NCBI GenBank assembly: GCA_963828465.1
Contig: CAWHEU010000022.1
Coordinates: 320,001 to 384,000 of the forward strand
Reading direction: 5' to 3'
Source of the DNA: an uncultured Acidobacteriota bacterium
GTDB taxonomy: Bacteria > Actinomycetota > Acidimicrobiia > Spongiisociales > ZC4RG35
DNA: 64,000 bases
Shown: one piece after another, positions 44,786 to 54,539 of the stretch
Layout: each line of letters opens with the position of its first letter
Position numbering within the stretch: the stretch's first letter is position 1
The notes under the pieces: generated by a model
Databases searched by the model: none
What the model was told of the DNA's origin: nothing
Seen by the model: the letters and a program-made list of their open reading frames with translations, nothing else
Position numbers and translations under genes: made by a program

Positions 44786-45376
44786 ATGGACCGACGTGGT
44801 GAACGAGGGTGGGTGGAGGTCATCTGTGGCCCCATGTTCTCCGGCAAGAGTGAAGAGCTCATCCGTCGCGTGACCCGATACCAGATCGCCCGGGTCCCGA
44901 TTCAGACATTCAAGCCACAGCTCGACGTCAGATACTCCGACTCCCAAGTCGTCTCCCATTCCAGCCTCAAGGTCGAGGCGATATCGGTGGAGACATCGTC
45001 TGAGCTCCTACACAGGGTCGACGACAGCACACAGGTCATAGGGATCGACGAGGGGCAGTTCTTCGACGATGGGCTGGTGGACGTTGTCGAACAGCTCGCC
45101 TCTGCGGAGAAGCAGGTGATCGTCGCAGGGCTGGACACCGACTATCTGAGACGCCCGTTCGAGCCCATCCCGACGCTGTGCGACCGCGCCGAGTACGTGA
45201 CCAAGATGCTGGCTGTGTGTCACAAGTGCGGTGGGCCGGGCATGTACACCCAGCGGATCGTTCAATCGGAGGAGCTCGTCGTACTCGGGGCGCAAGGTGC
45301 CTACGAAGCCCGGTGCCGCGTGTGCTACGACCCAACCGAGGTCGAACAGCCCGAGCTCGATCTCGGCGCTGGATAG
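44786..45376 (+). CDS. tdk: Thymidine kinase
   Basis: GPMFSGKSEEL, IDEGQFF, AGLD.D...PF, YEARCR.C. Confidence 0.95.
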   Translation: MDRRGERGWVEVICGPMFSGKSEELIRRVTRYQIARVPIQTFKPQLDVRYSDSQVVSHSSLKVEAISVETSSELLHRVDDSTQVIGIDEGQFFDDGLVDVVEQLASAEKQVIVAGLDTDYLRRPFEPIPTLCDRAEYVTKMLAVCHKCGGPGMYTQRIVQSEELVVLGAQGAYEARCRVCYDPTEVEQPELDLGAG

Positions 45377-45622
45377 TTTCAGCGTTTCCTTTCTGGTAAC
45401 CTGGGTCGGTCCGCCAGACGCGACATCTTCCCCTCTTCGGAGTGTTTCGTTGATGAGCACCCTTGCATACCGGCGAGCCGGCATGTCAGTCTTTGGCGAC
45501 CGCCCTTATGCAGGGCGGGCGCCGCACCGCGATCTGGCGCATCCATTCGGGCCCGACAGCCCCTGCCAGGAAATGGGCATTCGGGTCGACCCAAGCATCG
45601 ACTCTCAGAGGAGTAACAACAC

Positions 45623-47179
45623 ATGGCTCTATTTCGCAAGAAGAGCCCACAGATCGTCCGGAAGTCATCGACGGAAGGGACCGTCGAGGAACGCAAGACC
45701 GTCCGCGTCAAGGGAAAAAAGGTAGAGGTCACCAGGGTCGAGGGCAGACCAGCCCCGGCCACGAAACCCAAGAAGGATCGACGTCACCAGCCGTCAGGGA
45801 AGGGTGGGGGCAACCACTCCAGGAACGGAGTCTCCACCTCCAGGACCCGGACGCGCAGGCCGGTCGACGACGAGGTGATTCTCCCGGTCGAGTCCGGGCG
45901 CAAGCAGATGCTGGTCCGGGTGCACCGGGGCCAGACACAGATGGTGATCCTCGAAGGCCCCGTCCTCGTCGAGCACTATGTCGCTCGTGAAGACGCCGGA
46001 TCGGTGGCAGGGAACATCTACCTGGCCAAGGTTCGCAACGTCCTCCCCGGCATGGAGGCGGCATTCCTGGACTTTGGTGCTTCCAAGAACGGCGTTCTAT
46101 ATGCATCGGACGTCGCCTCCGATGGGAAGGGAAACGGCCGGCCCAACCGCAGGATCGAGAACGTCCTCAAAGAGGGCGATGACGTCCTCGTTCAGGTGAC
46201 GAAGGATGCGATGGGCGCCAAGGGGGCCCGGCTGACAGGGGTGCCTTCACTACCCGGGCGCTACCTCGTCCTCGTGCCCGACTCGGACAGCGTCGGGATC
46301 AGTCGCCGGCTGCCAGACGATGACCGGACTCGACTCCGGGAAGTGATCAACAAGGTGCGCCCTGAGGGCTATGGCGTGATCGTGAGAACCGCCGCCCTCC
46401 ATGCGAGCGCCGAGGAGCTGGCTGCCGACATCTCCCGCTTGCGCAAGGTCTGGGACCAGATCGGTGAAGAATCGAAGGACGGCGGCGCGCCCCGTCTCGT
46501 TCATCAGGAGCCTGATCTCCTCATCAAGGTGATCCGTGAGCATTTCACGGCGGACTTCCGCAAGTTGCTCATCGATGACGCCAGGGCGTATGAGACCGTG
46601 GTCGACTACCTGCGGGGGACCGCGCCCGACCTCGTGTCCAAGGTGCAGCATTACACCGATGATGTCCCGCTGTTCGAGCGATATCACGTCGATGACCAGA
46701 TCAAGAAGGCCCTCGACCGAAAGGTCTATCTCCCATCAGGCGGTCATCTCGTCATCGATCGGACCGAGGCGCTCACCGTCATCGATGTCAACACCGGGAA
46801 GTTCGTCGGGTCCTCGAATCTGGAGGAGACCGTCCTGCAGAACAACCTGGAAGCGGCCGAGGAGATCGGACGTCAACTACGGCTGCGAGACATCGGCGGG
46901 ATCATCGTCATCGACTTCATCGACATGGAGACGATCGACAACCAGCAGCAGGTGCTGCGACGCCTCAAGGAAGCGCTAGCCAAGGACAAGACCCGGACCC
47001 AGGTCTTCGACGTGTCTCACCTCGGCTTGGTGGAGATGACCCGGAAGAACGTCTCGGCGGGGCTGCTCGAGCAGTTCTCATCGAAGTGCGAAGAATGCGG
47101 CGGTCGCGGTGTGATCGTCCATGACCACGCCATTCACGCAGACGATCTCGTCGTGGAGGACTTTTCGCTGGCGGAATAG
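45623..47179 (+). CDS. rne: Ribonuclease E/G family
   Basis: GNIYLAKVRNVLPGMEAAFLD, KGARLT, IDVNTG, RLRDIGGIIVIDFIDM; basic disordered N-terminus. Confidence 0.93.
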   Translation: MALFRKKSPQIVRKSSTEGTVEERKTVRVKGKKVEVTRVEGRPAPATKPKKDRRHQPSGKGGGNHSRNGVSTSRTRTRRPVDDEVILPVESGRKQMLVRVHRGQTQMVILEGPVLVEHYVAREDAGSVAGNIYLAKVRNVLPGMEAAFLDFGASKNGVLYASDVASDGKGNGRPNRRIENVLKEGDDVLVQVTKDAMGAKGARLTGVPSLPGRYLVLVPDSDSVGISRRLPDDDRTRLREVINKVRPEGYGVIVRTAALHASAEELAADISRLRKVWDQIGEESKDGGAPRLVHQEPDLLIKVIREHFTADFRKLLIDDARAYETVVDYLRGTAPDLVSKVQHYTDDVPLFERYHVDDQIKKALDRKVYLPSGGHLVIDRTEALTVIDVNTGKFVGSSNLEETVLQNNLEAAEEIGRQLRLRDIGGIIVIDFIDMETIDNQQQVLRRLKEALAKDKTRTQVFDVSHLGLVEMTRKNVSAGLLEQFSSKCEECGGRGVIVHDHAIHADDLVVEDFSLAE

Positions 47180-47245
47180 GCAGCCTTTGCGGTAACCGGT
47201 CGAACCGGTACCATTCAGCATCAATCCCCTTTCAGAGGTTTACCC

Positions 47246-47743
47246 ATGTACGCCATCATTCGCGCCGGCGGCAAACAGGCCAAGGTGCAATCCGGCGATG
47301 TAATCGAGATAGAGCGGGTGAAAGGCGACGCCGATGAGATGTCCTTTTCGCCTCTCCTGATCGTGGATGACAAGGGAAATGCGGTGTCGGATCGTGACCT
47401 CCTGTCCAAGTCATCGGTCACGGCCAAGGTGCTCGGCGAGTCCCAGGGCCCGAAGATCGACATCTTCAAGTACAAGAACAAGACCGGCTATCGGCGTCGC
47501 CAGGGTCACCGCCAGAAGTACACACAGATCGAGATCACCGGGATCACGTTGCCCGGCGCAAAGGCCAAGTCTTCTCAGGCCAAGCCTGCTGCCAAGTCGG
47601 GCTCGGCGAAGGCTTCCGAAGCGAAGCCGGCCGCGGCGAAAGCCCCAGCTGCCAAGACAACAGCTGCCAAGACTGCAACCACAAAGGCAGGGGCAGCGAA
47701 AACCAGCAAGCAAGCAAAGACCGACTCGTCAGAGGAGGAGTGA
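47246..47743 (+). CDS. rplU: 50S ribosomal protein L21 with Ala/Lys-rich C-terminal extension
   Basis: [27 protein letters not shown]. Confidence 0.95.
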   Translation: MYAIIRAGGKQAKVQSGDVIEIERVKGDADEMSFSPLLIVDDKGNAVSDRDLLSKSSVTAKVLGESQGPKIDIFKYKNKTGYRRRQGHRQKYTQIEITGITLPGAKAKSSQAKPAAKSGSAKASEAKPAAAKAPAAKTTAAKTATTKAGAAKTSKQAKTDSSEEE

Positions 47744-47744
47744 G

Positions 47745-47996
47745 ATGTCAAAGACAAAAGCAGGCGGTTCCTCCAAGAACGGTCGGGACTCCGCCGCGAA
47801 GCGACTCGGTTCCAAGGTGTTCGACGGCGAGTTCGTGAACGCCGGAGCGATCCTGGTGCGTCAGCGTGGGACCCGAATCCATCCAGGTGAGAACGTGGGC
47901 AAGGGGTCCGATGACACCCTGTTCGCTACCGCACCCGGCACAGTCAAGTACGGGACCCGAGCCAAACGGCGTCGGGTCAGCGTCCTTCCCGAGTAG
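47745..47996 (+). CDS. rpmA: 50S ribosomal protein L27
   Basis: [26 protein letters not shown]. Confidence 0.97.
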   Translation: MSKTKAGGSSKNGRDSAAKRLGSKVFDGEFVNAGAILVRQRGTRIHPGENVGKGSDDTLFATAPGTVKYGTRAKRRRVSVLPE

Positions 47997-48009
47997 TTAG
48001 CTTCCGGTC

Positions 48010-49260
48010 GTGTTCGTCGACCGGGTCCGTGTCAACCTCCGCGCCGGCAACGGCGGCGCGGGGGTTGTGTCGTTTGTGAGGGCCAAGGGGAAGCCCAAGG
48101 GCAAGCCGATCGGGGGAAACGGCGGTCCGGGCGGGTCGGTGTACCTCAGGGCCGACCCTTCGGTGGCCACACTGCTCCGCTACCAGCGAAACCCGCATTA
48201 CGCAGCGGGTCACGGCACCCACGGCCAGGGTGATGTTCGACACGGCAAATCCGGTGAGGCTCTGTACCTTCCGGTGCCGCTTGGAACCGTCGTGATCGAC
48301 GGTGAAGGCACAATGGTCGCCGACCTGGTCGAAGAGGGTCAAGAGATCGAAATTGTCAAGGGAGGGCGGGGTGGCCGGGGCAACGCCGCCTTCGTCAACC
48401 CCTCCAACCGGGCTCCGGGCGTTGCCGAGCAAGGGGAGTACGGGCGGTCGGAATGGCTCACCCTCGAGCTGAAACTCCTCGCCGACGCGGCCCTCATCGG
48501 ATTCCCTAACGCCGGGAAATCCACATTCATCTCCAAGGTGTCGGCCGCCAAGCCCAAGATCGCCGACTATCCCTTCACGACCCTCGTGCCGAACTTGGGT
48601 GTAGTGAGCTTCGACGGGCGGGAGTTCGTCCTGGCCGACATCCCGGGCCTGATCGAGGGTGCAGCCTCTGGGAAGGGTCTCGGTCACGAGTTCCTCCGTC
48701 ACGTCGAGCGGGCACGGGTCCTCGTCATACTTCTCGATCCGTCGCCGATGCAAGAACGTTCGCCGGAGGAGCAGTTGCAGATCTTGAGGCGTGAGATCGC
48801 CGACTATTCCTCCGAGATCGCGGCAAGGCCGAGCATTGTGCTCCTCAACAAGTCGGACCTAGCTGACGTCACCGACCTCGCGACGGCGCTCGATGCGACG
48901 CCGGTCTCAGCAATCAGCGGGGAGGGCATTCGAGAGTCGCTGCATGCCATCGCCGACCTGGTCGACGAAGCGGAGCGGGTCGCGCCGCTTCGTAAGGGAT
49001 ATGTCCTTCACCGTCCGTTGGGCCCGACATTCACCGTGCGTAGGGAAGAGGGTGGCTGGCGCATCGAGGGCCTCGCCGCCGAGCGAGCGGTTGCGTTCGC
49101 CGACCTGACCCTGCCAGAAGCGGCCGACATGGCAGCCTGGCGCCTCTCTCGACTCGGTGTGGATCAGGCGCTGTTGGATGCAGGGGCGATCGAGGGCGAC
49201 GAGGTAAGGATCGGAGAGATCTCCTTCGAATTCACCCCGGAGCGGGACGAGGAGGAATAG
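48010..49260 (+). CDS. obgE: GTPase Obg
   Basis: MFVDRV, GFPNAGKST, YPFTTL.PNLG, DIPGLIEGA, NKSD. Confidence 0.96.
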   Translation: MFVDRVRVNLRAGNGGAGVVSFVRAKGKPKGKPIGGNGGPGGSVYLRADPSVATLLRYQRNPHYAAGHGTHGQGDVRHGKSGEALYLPVPLGTVVIDGEGTMVADLVEEGQEIEIVKGGRGGRGNAAFVNPSNRAPGVAEQGEYGRSEWLTLELKLLADAALIGFPNAGKSTFISKVSAAKPKIADYPFTTLVPNLGVVSFDGREFVLADIPGLIEGAASGKGLGHEFLRHVERARVLVILLDPSPMQERSPEEQLQILRREIADYSSEIAARPSIVLLNKSDLADVTDLATALDATPVSAISGEGIRESLHAIADLVDEAERVAPLRKGYVLHRPLGPTFTVRREEGGWRIEGLAAERAVAFADLTLPEAADMAAWRLSRLGVDQALLDAGAIEGDEVRIGEISFEFTPERDEEE

Positions 49261-49270
49261 CCATGCGGGT

Positions 49271-49597
49271 TCAACCGCGAGCGGCACACTCGACGCAACG
49301 TGAGGCGGCGGGCAGAGCGTCCAGCCGAGCAACTCCGATGTCGTTTCCGCACACGTCACACTTCCCGTAGGTGCCGTTGTCGATCTTGACCAAAGCCCGG
49401 TCGATGTCCTCGATGGTGTGCGTGATGGATCGCGCGGTAGCTGTGGTGCTAAGTCGCTCCACCGCCTCCGTGGTGCCGTCCCCGACCCGTTTCCCGAACG
49501 AGACGGCGGCACCGGTCGTCGGCGGCGCGGTCAGTCTGCCCAATTCGACCTCGAGCTCGGCTTTGCGATCGACGAGGGTCTGACGGAGCGCGTCCAT
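49271..49597 (-). CDS. TraR/DksA-family C4 zinc-finger protein
   Basis: IDRALVKIDNGTYGKCDVCG.DI...RLDALP....CVEC. Confidence 0.88.
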   Translation of the reverse strand: MDALRQTLVDRKAELEVELGRLTAPPTTGAAVSFGKRVGDGTTEAVERLSTTATARSITHTIEDIDRALVKIDNGTYGKCDVCGNDIGVARLDALPAASRCVECAARG

Positions 49598-49653
49598 GCG
49601 ATCGAACCTTAGGAAGCGGAGTCATCAGTGTTCACCCGTACAATGGTCGGCCG

Positions 49654-50517
49654 ATGAGTTTTGAGACCCCGCGAGCGGTCGCTGAAGCGTTGCGCTCGGT
49701 CGATTATCTGCCCGACGACCGCATAGCGCAGGTCGTCTTTCTCGCTGACCGACTCGACAAGCCAATCCTTGTCGAGGGACCAGCAGGGGTCGGGAAGACA
49801 GAGCTCGCCAAGTCGCTGGCCAGGGTCACCGGACGCGACCTGATCAGGCTCCAGTGCTACGAGGGCCTCGACGAGGCCAAGGCGCTCTACGAGTGGAACT
49901 ACAAGAAGCAGTTGCTCAGAATCCAGGCCGACGTCGACCACGACTGGGAGGACATCGAGCAGGACATCTTCTCGGAGGATTTCCTTCTCACCCGCCCACT
50001 TCTCGAGGCTATTCGCTCCGAGAATCCCGTCGTGCTGCTCATCGACGAGGTGGACCGGGTCGAGGTCGAGACCGAGGCATTGCTCCTCGAGATCCTCTCC
50101 GATTTCCAGGTGTCGATCCCCGAGTTGGGGACGATGGAGGCACGAACCCAGCCGATGGTGGTTCTCACGTCCAACAACACCCGGGAGTTGAGCGAGGCGC
50201 TGAAGCGCCGCTGCCTCTTCCTCCACATCGACTACCCCGATGCTCAGAGGGAGCAGGAGATTCTCGCCGCTCGGGTTCCCGGGTTGTCCGAGCATCTGGC
50301 CGTACAGGTGGCCAAAGTGGCCCGGTCGATCCGAAGCCTCGACCTGAAGAAGGCGCCCTCCGTCTCTGAGACCATCGACTGGGCGCGGACCCTCCTCGCC
50401 CTCTCCATCGAGGATGTCGACGAGGCGATCCTGGGCGACACGCTGCACGTCCTCCTCAAGTACCAGGCCGACATCGAGAAGGCGGCCAAGGAGCTGACGT
50501 CGAGCCCTCCATCGTGA
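49654..50517 (+). CDS. MoxR-family AAA+ ATPase (CoxD-like)
   Basis: EGPAGVGKTE, RLQCYEGLD, YEWNY.KQLL, LIDEVD, LTSN.TREL..ALKRRC. Confidence 0.92.
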   Translation: MSFETPRAVAEALRSVDYLPDDRIAQVVFLADRLDKPILVEGPAGVGKTELAKSLARVTGRDLIRLQCYEGLDEAKALYEWNYKKQLLRIQADVDHDWEDIEQDIFSEDFLLTRPLLEAIRSENPVVLLIDEVDRVEVETEALLLEILSDFQVSIPELGTMEARTQPMVVLTSNNTRELSEALKRRCLFLHIDYPDAQREQEILAARVPGLSEHLAVQVAKVARSIRSLDLKKAPSVSETIDWARTLLALSIEDVDEAILGDTLHVLLKYQADIEKAAKELTSSPPS

Positions 50518-50518
50518 C

Positions 50519-51946
50519 GTGCTCGGGATAATCACCGGTTTCATCGACGAGCTGAGGGCGGCCGGCGTCCCTGTGTCGATGGTGGAGGCCATCGACGGGA
50601 TGCGGGCAGTCGAGGCCGTTGAGATCGGCGACAGGATCGCCCTTCGCGAGACCTTGCGGGCCACCTTGATCAAGAACCTGCGTCATGAGCGCGCCTTCGA
50701 TACTGCGTTCGACGTCTATTTCTCGATGGTTCCCCAGTCCCTTTCCGAGCCAGGGGATTCCGGGGAGTCCGATTCTCAGCCGCATGCCGACCGGTCCGAT
50801 GCCCTTGAGCCGCCCCCGTTCGATATCGACGGGCTCCTCGATTCGCTCCTCGAGGCGCTGGCCGGTCTCGAGGAGGAGGCGATCCGGCGTGGCGCCCGTA
50901 CCGCGGTAGACGAGTTGGCCGGCATGGAGCCGGGGCGGCCCGTCGGCGGGACCTACTACCTGTACCGAACGCTGCGCAGGCTTGATCTGGCGGACCTCGA
51001 GGAGAGATTGATCTCTGCCCTCACCGACGATCAGGACCTGTCCGATTTCGAAAGGCGTCTCCTCCGCGAGGAGGTGGAGGCCAGGATCGAGCGTCTGCGG
51101 CAGGAAATCGAGGAAGAGATTCGACGACGACTCGTGGCCGATCGCGGTCGTGATGCGGTGGCGCGCACCCTGCGGCGCCCTCTCATCGAGGATGTCGACC
51201 TGATGCACGCCACGACCAGCGACCTCCACGAAATGGAGGACGCCATCGGGCCCCTTACACGGAAGCTGGCAGCGCGGTTGGCCCGACGCCGTCGGATGCG
51301 GGCAGGTCGGCTCGATTTCCGTCGCACCGTGCGAAAGTCGTTGGCAACCGGCGGCGTCCCGGCAGACCCACAGTTCCGCCATCCACGGCCTCACCGGCCG
51401 GAGGTCTGGCTCCTCTGCGACATCAGCGGGTCCATGGCGACATTCTCCCGTTTCACCCTCCAGTTCACCCACGCCATGTCGACCCACTTCTCCAAGCTGC
51501 GGTCTTTCGCTTTCGTCGACACCATCGATGAAGTCAGTGACTTCTTCGGCCCGGGGGTGGATTTCGGGTCGGCATTGCGGCGGGTTACTACCGAGGCCGA
51601 GGTGGTGTGGCTGGATGGGCACTCCGATTACGGCAACTCCCTGGAGACGTTTCACACCCGGTACGGCCGTCAGCTCACCCCCCGGACGACCGTGATCATC
51701 ACAGGGGACGCCCGTAACAATTACCGGCCGCCACGGGATGGGGTGCTCGGCGACATCGCAGAGGCGTCACGTGCCTTGATCTGGCTCAACCCCGAACCTG
51801 AGGCATACTGGGACACCGGCGATTCGGCGATGTCTCACTATGCCGGCCATTGCACCTCGGTCCATGAGGTGCGGACGCTGCGCCAGCTCGAGCAATTCAT
51901 CGAGGATTTGACCCTCCCCGGGCCAAGGCTCCTCCAGAATGTCTAA
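50519..51946 (+). CDS. VWA domain protein (CoxE-like)
   Basis: GRLDFRRTVRKSL, CDISGSM (MIDAS), SDYG, GDARNN, WLNPE. Confidence 0.9.
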   Translation: MLGIITGFIDELRAAGVPVSMVEAIDGMRAVEAVEIGDRIALRETLRATLIKNLRHERAFDTAFDVYFSMVPQSLSEPGDSGESDSQPHADRSDALEPPPFDIDGLLDSLLEALAGLEEEAIRRGARTAVDELAGMEPGRPVGGTYYLYRTLRRLDLADLEERLISALTDDQDLSDFERRLLREEVEARIERLRQEIEEEIRRRLVADRGRDAVARTLRRPLIEDVDLMHATTSDLHEMEDAIGPLTRKLAARLARRRRMRAGRLDFRRTVRKSLATGGVPADPQFRHPRPHRPEVWLLCDISGSMATFSRFTLQFTHAMSTHFSKLRSFAFVDTIDEVSDFFGPGVDFGSALRRVTTEAEVVWLDGHSDYGNSLETFHTRYGRQLTPRTTVIITGDARNNYRPPRDGVLGDIAEASRALIWLNPEPEAYWDTGDSAMSHYAGHCTSVHEVRTLRQLEQFIEDLTLPGPRLLQNV

Positions 51947-52017
51947 ACCGTGAGAGGCTTTCTGCCGATGTTGTGGCACACGCCCACCTACGGGCGATCG
52001 GACTAGAGGTGAAGAAC

Positions 52018-52383
52018 ATGGGCTCGCGGATACTCGTTGTCGAGGACTCGGCCGTCATCAGACGGCTCATCGAAGTCTGTCTCCGCGCTGCCGACCTCGA
52101 AATCATCACCCGTGAGGATGGCAAGACAGGGCTCGCCGCCGTTGGCTCGGAGTCACCCGACCTGGTCGTCCTGGACATCGGGCTTCCCGGCATGGACGGG
52201 TGGGAAGTGTTGGACCGCATCCGTCGGGACGAGTCGACGAGAAACATCCCGGTAGTCGTCCTCACCGCCCACGCCGAAGAGGAATCTCGACGCAGGGCGA
52301 ATGAGGGCGGGGCAGATGCTTTCGTCACCAAGCCGTTCCAGCCCAACGATTTCCGCTCGACGGTCCTGTCGCTGCTCGAGTAG
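52018..52383 (+). CDS. Single-domain response regulator (CheY-like)
   Basis: ILVVED, LDIGLPGMDG, LTA, FVTKPF. Confidence 0.9.
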   Translation: MGSRILVVEDSAVIRRLIEVCLRAADLEIITREDGKTGLAAVGSESPDLVVLDIGLPGMDGWEVLDRIRRDESTRNIPVVVLTAHAEEESRRRANEGGADAFVTKPFQPNDFRSTVLSLLE

Positions 52384-52402
52384 GCCCACCCCAAATGCGG
52401 GA

Positions 52403-53425
52403 CTAAGCCGGCTCCTTCTCCAAGACCTCAGCTAGACGCTCGGCGAGGTCCACCACCCGGTTGGAGTATCCCCACTCGTTGTCGTACCACGACATAACTT
52501 TGACCAGGTTCCCGCCGAGCACCTGAGTGCCGCCGGCATCGAAGATCGACGAGTGCGGGTTCCCGATGATGTCGGTCGAGACGATCGGATCCTCCACATA
52601 TTCCAGTATCCCGGCCATCGGGCCCTCCGCCGCGGCCCTGACCGCTGCGTTCACCTCTTCGACTGTCACATCACGGTCCAGCTCGACCACCAGGTCGACC
52701 GTCGAACCGTCGGGCACAGGCACCCGCATCGCCATGCCGTCGAGTTTCCCGGCGAGATTGGGGATGACCTCCCCGATGGCAGCCGCGGCACCTGTGCTCG
52801 TCGGGATGATGTTCTCGGTCGCCGCCCGGCTCCGGCGTAGGTCCTGGTGCGGGACGTCGGCCAGCACCTGGTCGTTGGTGTAGGCGTGCACCGTCGTCAT
52901 CACGCCCTTGCGGATGCCGAAATTGTCGTCCAGCACCTTGGCCAGAGGCGCCAGTGAGTTCGTGGTGCACGAGGCGTTGGAGACGATGATGTCGTCGGAG
53001 TCGAGTTGGTCATCGTTGACCCCAAGGACGACTGTCTCATCCACCTTGTCCTTCGACGGGACGGTGAGAATGACTCGCTTGGCCCCGGCATCGACATGCT
53101 TCTGGAGCGTTGCGCGGTCCCTGAAGACGCCAGTCGATTCGATGACGATGTCGACATCGAGGTCCTGCCACGGCAACGAGGATGGGTCGCGCTCCATGAG
53201 CATCTTGATCTCATGCTCTCCGACCCTCATCACACCCCCGTTCACAGTGACTTCTTCCTCGAACCGTCCCATCACCGAGTCGTACTCGAGGAGGTAGGCG
53301 AGAATGTCGTCATCGGAAAGGTCGTTGATGGCGACGACTTTGAGATCCGAATTCGGCCGTGAAGCGATGATGCGAAATACCGCCCGCCCGATCCGCCCGA
53401 AGCCGTTGATTGCGACGTTGGCCAT
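52403..53425 (-). CDS. gap: Glyceraldehyde-3-phosphate dehydrogenase, type I
   Basis: NGFGRIGR, SNASCTTN (catalytic Cys), TTVHAYT, PTSTGAA, MRVPV, WYDNEWGY; start may be 53431. Confidence 0.96.
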   Translation of the reverse strand: MANVAINGFGRIGRAVFRIIASRPNSDLKVVAINDLSDDDILAYLLEYDSVMGRFEEEVTVNGGVMRVGEHEIKMLMERDPSSLPWQDLDVDIVIESTGVFRDRATLQKHVDAGAKRVILTVPSKDKVDETVVLGVNDDQLDSDDIIVSNASCTTNSLAPLAKVLDDNFGIRKGVMTTVHAYTNDQVLADVPHQDLRRSRAATENIIPTSTGAAAAIGEVIPNLAGKLDGMAMRVPVPDGSTVDLVVELDRDVTVEEVNAAVRAAAEGPMAGILEYVEDPIVSTDIIGNPHSSIFDAGGTQVLGGNLVKVMSWYDNEWGYSNRVVDLAERLAEVLEKEPA

Positions 53426-53427
53426 GT

Positions 53428-54447
53428 TCATTCTCCGTTGAGGTAGGTGGCGATCATCCCGGTGACCTCGACCACCCGGTTCGAGTAGCCCCAGCCGTTG
53501 TTGAACCAGGTAATGGTCTTCACCAGAGTTCCCCCTGTCACCATGGTGGCCAGACTGTCATAGACACCGGAGTGGGAGATCGATCTCACGTCTGAGGAAA
53601 CAATCGGATCTGCGACATATTCGATGATTCCCTGGTACTTGCTCTCGCACGCCGCCCTGACGAGGCCATTGACCTCTTCCTTGTCCGTAGCGCGCTCGAC
53701 GTCGACCACCATGTCCACGGTCGAGCCGTCGACTACGGGAACATTGAGGGCGACCACTGCCAGCTTGTCCTCGAGCTCGGGCAGGACCTGGGTGATGATC
53801 TCGGCAGAATTCGTGTCGGCGGGGATGATGTTCTCCCCAGCAGCCCGGGAAGTCCGGTAGGAGTCGGTCGGTACATCTGCGAGCCGTCCTGCGTTGGACA
53901 TCGCCTTGACCACCGTCATGTAGGCGCGCTTGACCCCGAGCTCCTCGTTGATGGTCTTCAATATCGGTGCGGCGGCGTTCGATGTGTTGGAGCCGAGCGC
54001 CACCTGGTCGACGTCCGAAGTGAGGACGTCGTCGTTTATCCCACGAAGAAGCAGAGGGATCTCACCGGGGATCTCAGGGCTCGAGGTCAAGACGACTTTC
54101 TTCGCCCCAGCCTTGAGATGCTGCTCCAGGGCTTCCTTGGTCCGATAGCGGCTGGTGGTCTCGAGCACTACATCGACGCCGAGCTCCCCCCAGTCGGCAT
54201 CGCCCGGCTCACGTGCGTTCAGCCAGGCGACATTCCTGTCGCCGTAAGACAATGTGCCGTCGGCGTAGGACACAGGTGCCGGAAAGCGGCCGTAGATGGA
54301 GTCGTACTTGAGGAGGTAGGTGAGCGCCTCGGGATCGGCGATGTCGCTGATCGCCACGATGTCGAGGTCGGCCCGATTGTGGAGGAGGCGCATCACGTTC
54401 CGCCCGATACGGCCGAAGCCCATGAGCCCTATCCGGGTTGTCATCAT
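53428..54447 (-). CDS. GAPDH paralogue lacking the catalytic Cys and His
   Basis: GFGRIGR, YDSIYGRF, SRAAGENIIP, PIVSSD retained; ALGSNTSN, TVVKAMS, LNVPV, WFNNGWGY at catalytic/substrate positions. Confidence 0.85.
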   Translation of the reverse strand: MMTTRIGLMGFGRIGRNVMRLLHNRADLDIVAISDIADPEALTYLLKYDSIYGRFPAPVSYADGTLSYGDRNVAWLNAREPGDADWGELGVDVVLETTSRYRTKEALEQHLKAGAKKVVLTSSPEIPGEIPLLLRGINDDVLTSDVDQVALGSNTSNAAAPILKTINEELGVKRAYMTVVKAMSNAGRLADVPTDSYRTSRAAGENIIPADTNSAEIITQVLPELEDKLAVVALNVPVVDGSTVDMVVDVERATDKEEVNGLVRAACESKYQGIIEYVADPIVSSDVRSISHSGVYDSLATMVTGGTLVKTITWFNNGWGYSNRVVEVTGMIATYLNGE

Positions 54448-54539
54448 CGATCGATTCCTTTCTGCGGAACTGAAACTAGTGGTCATACCCCTTGGCGACC
54501 CAAACCGGCGCCGGTAGGTTCGGCTTCGGGAGGGTTGAG

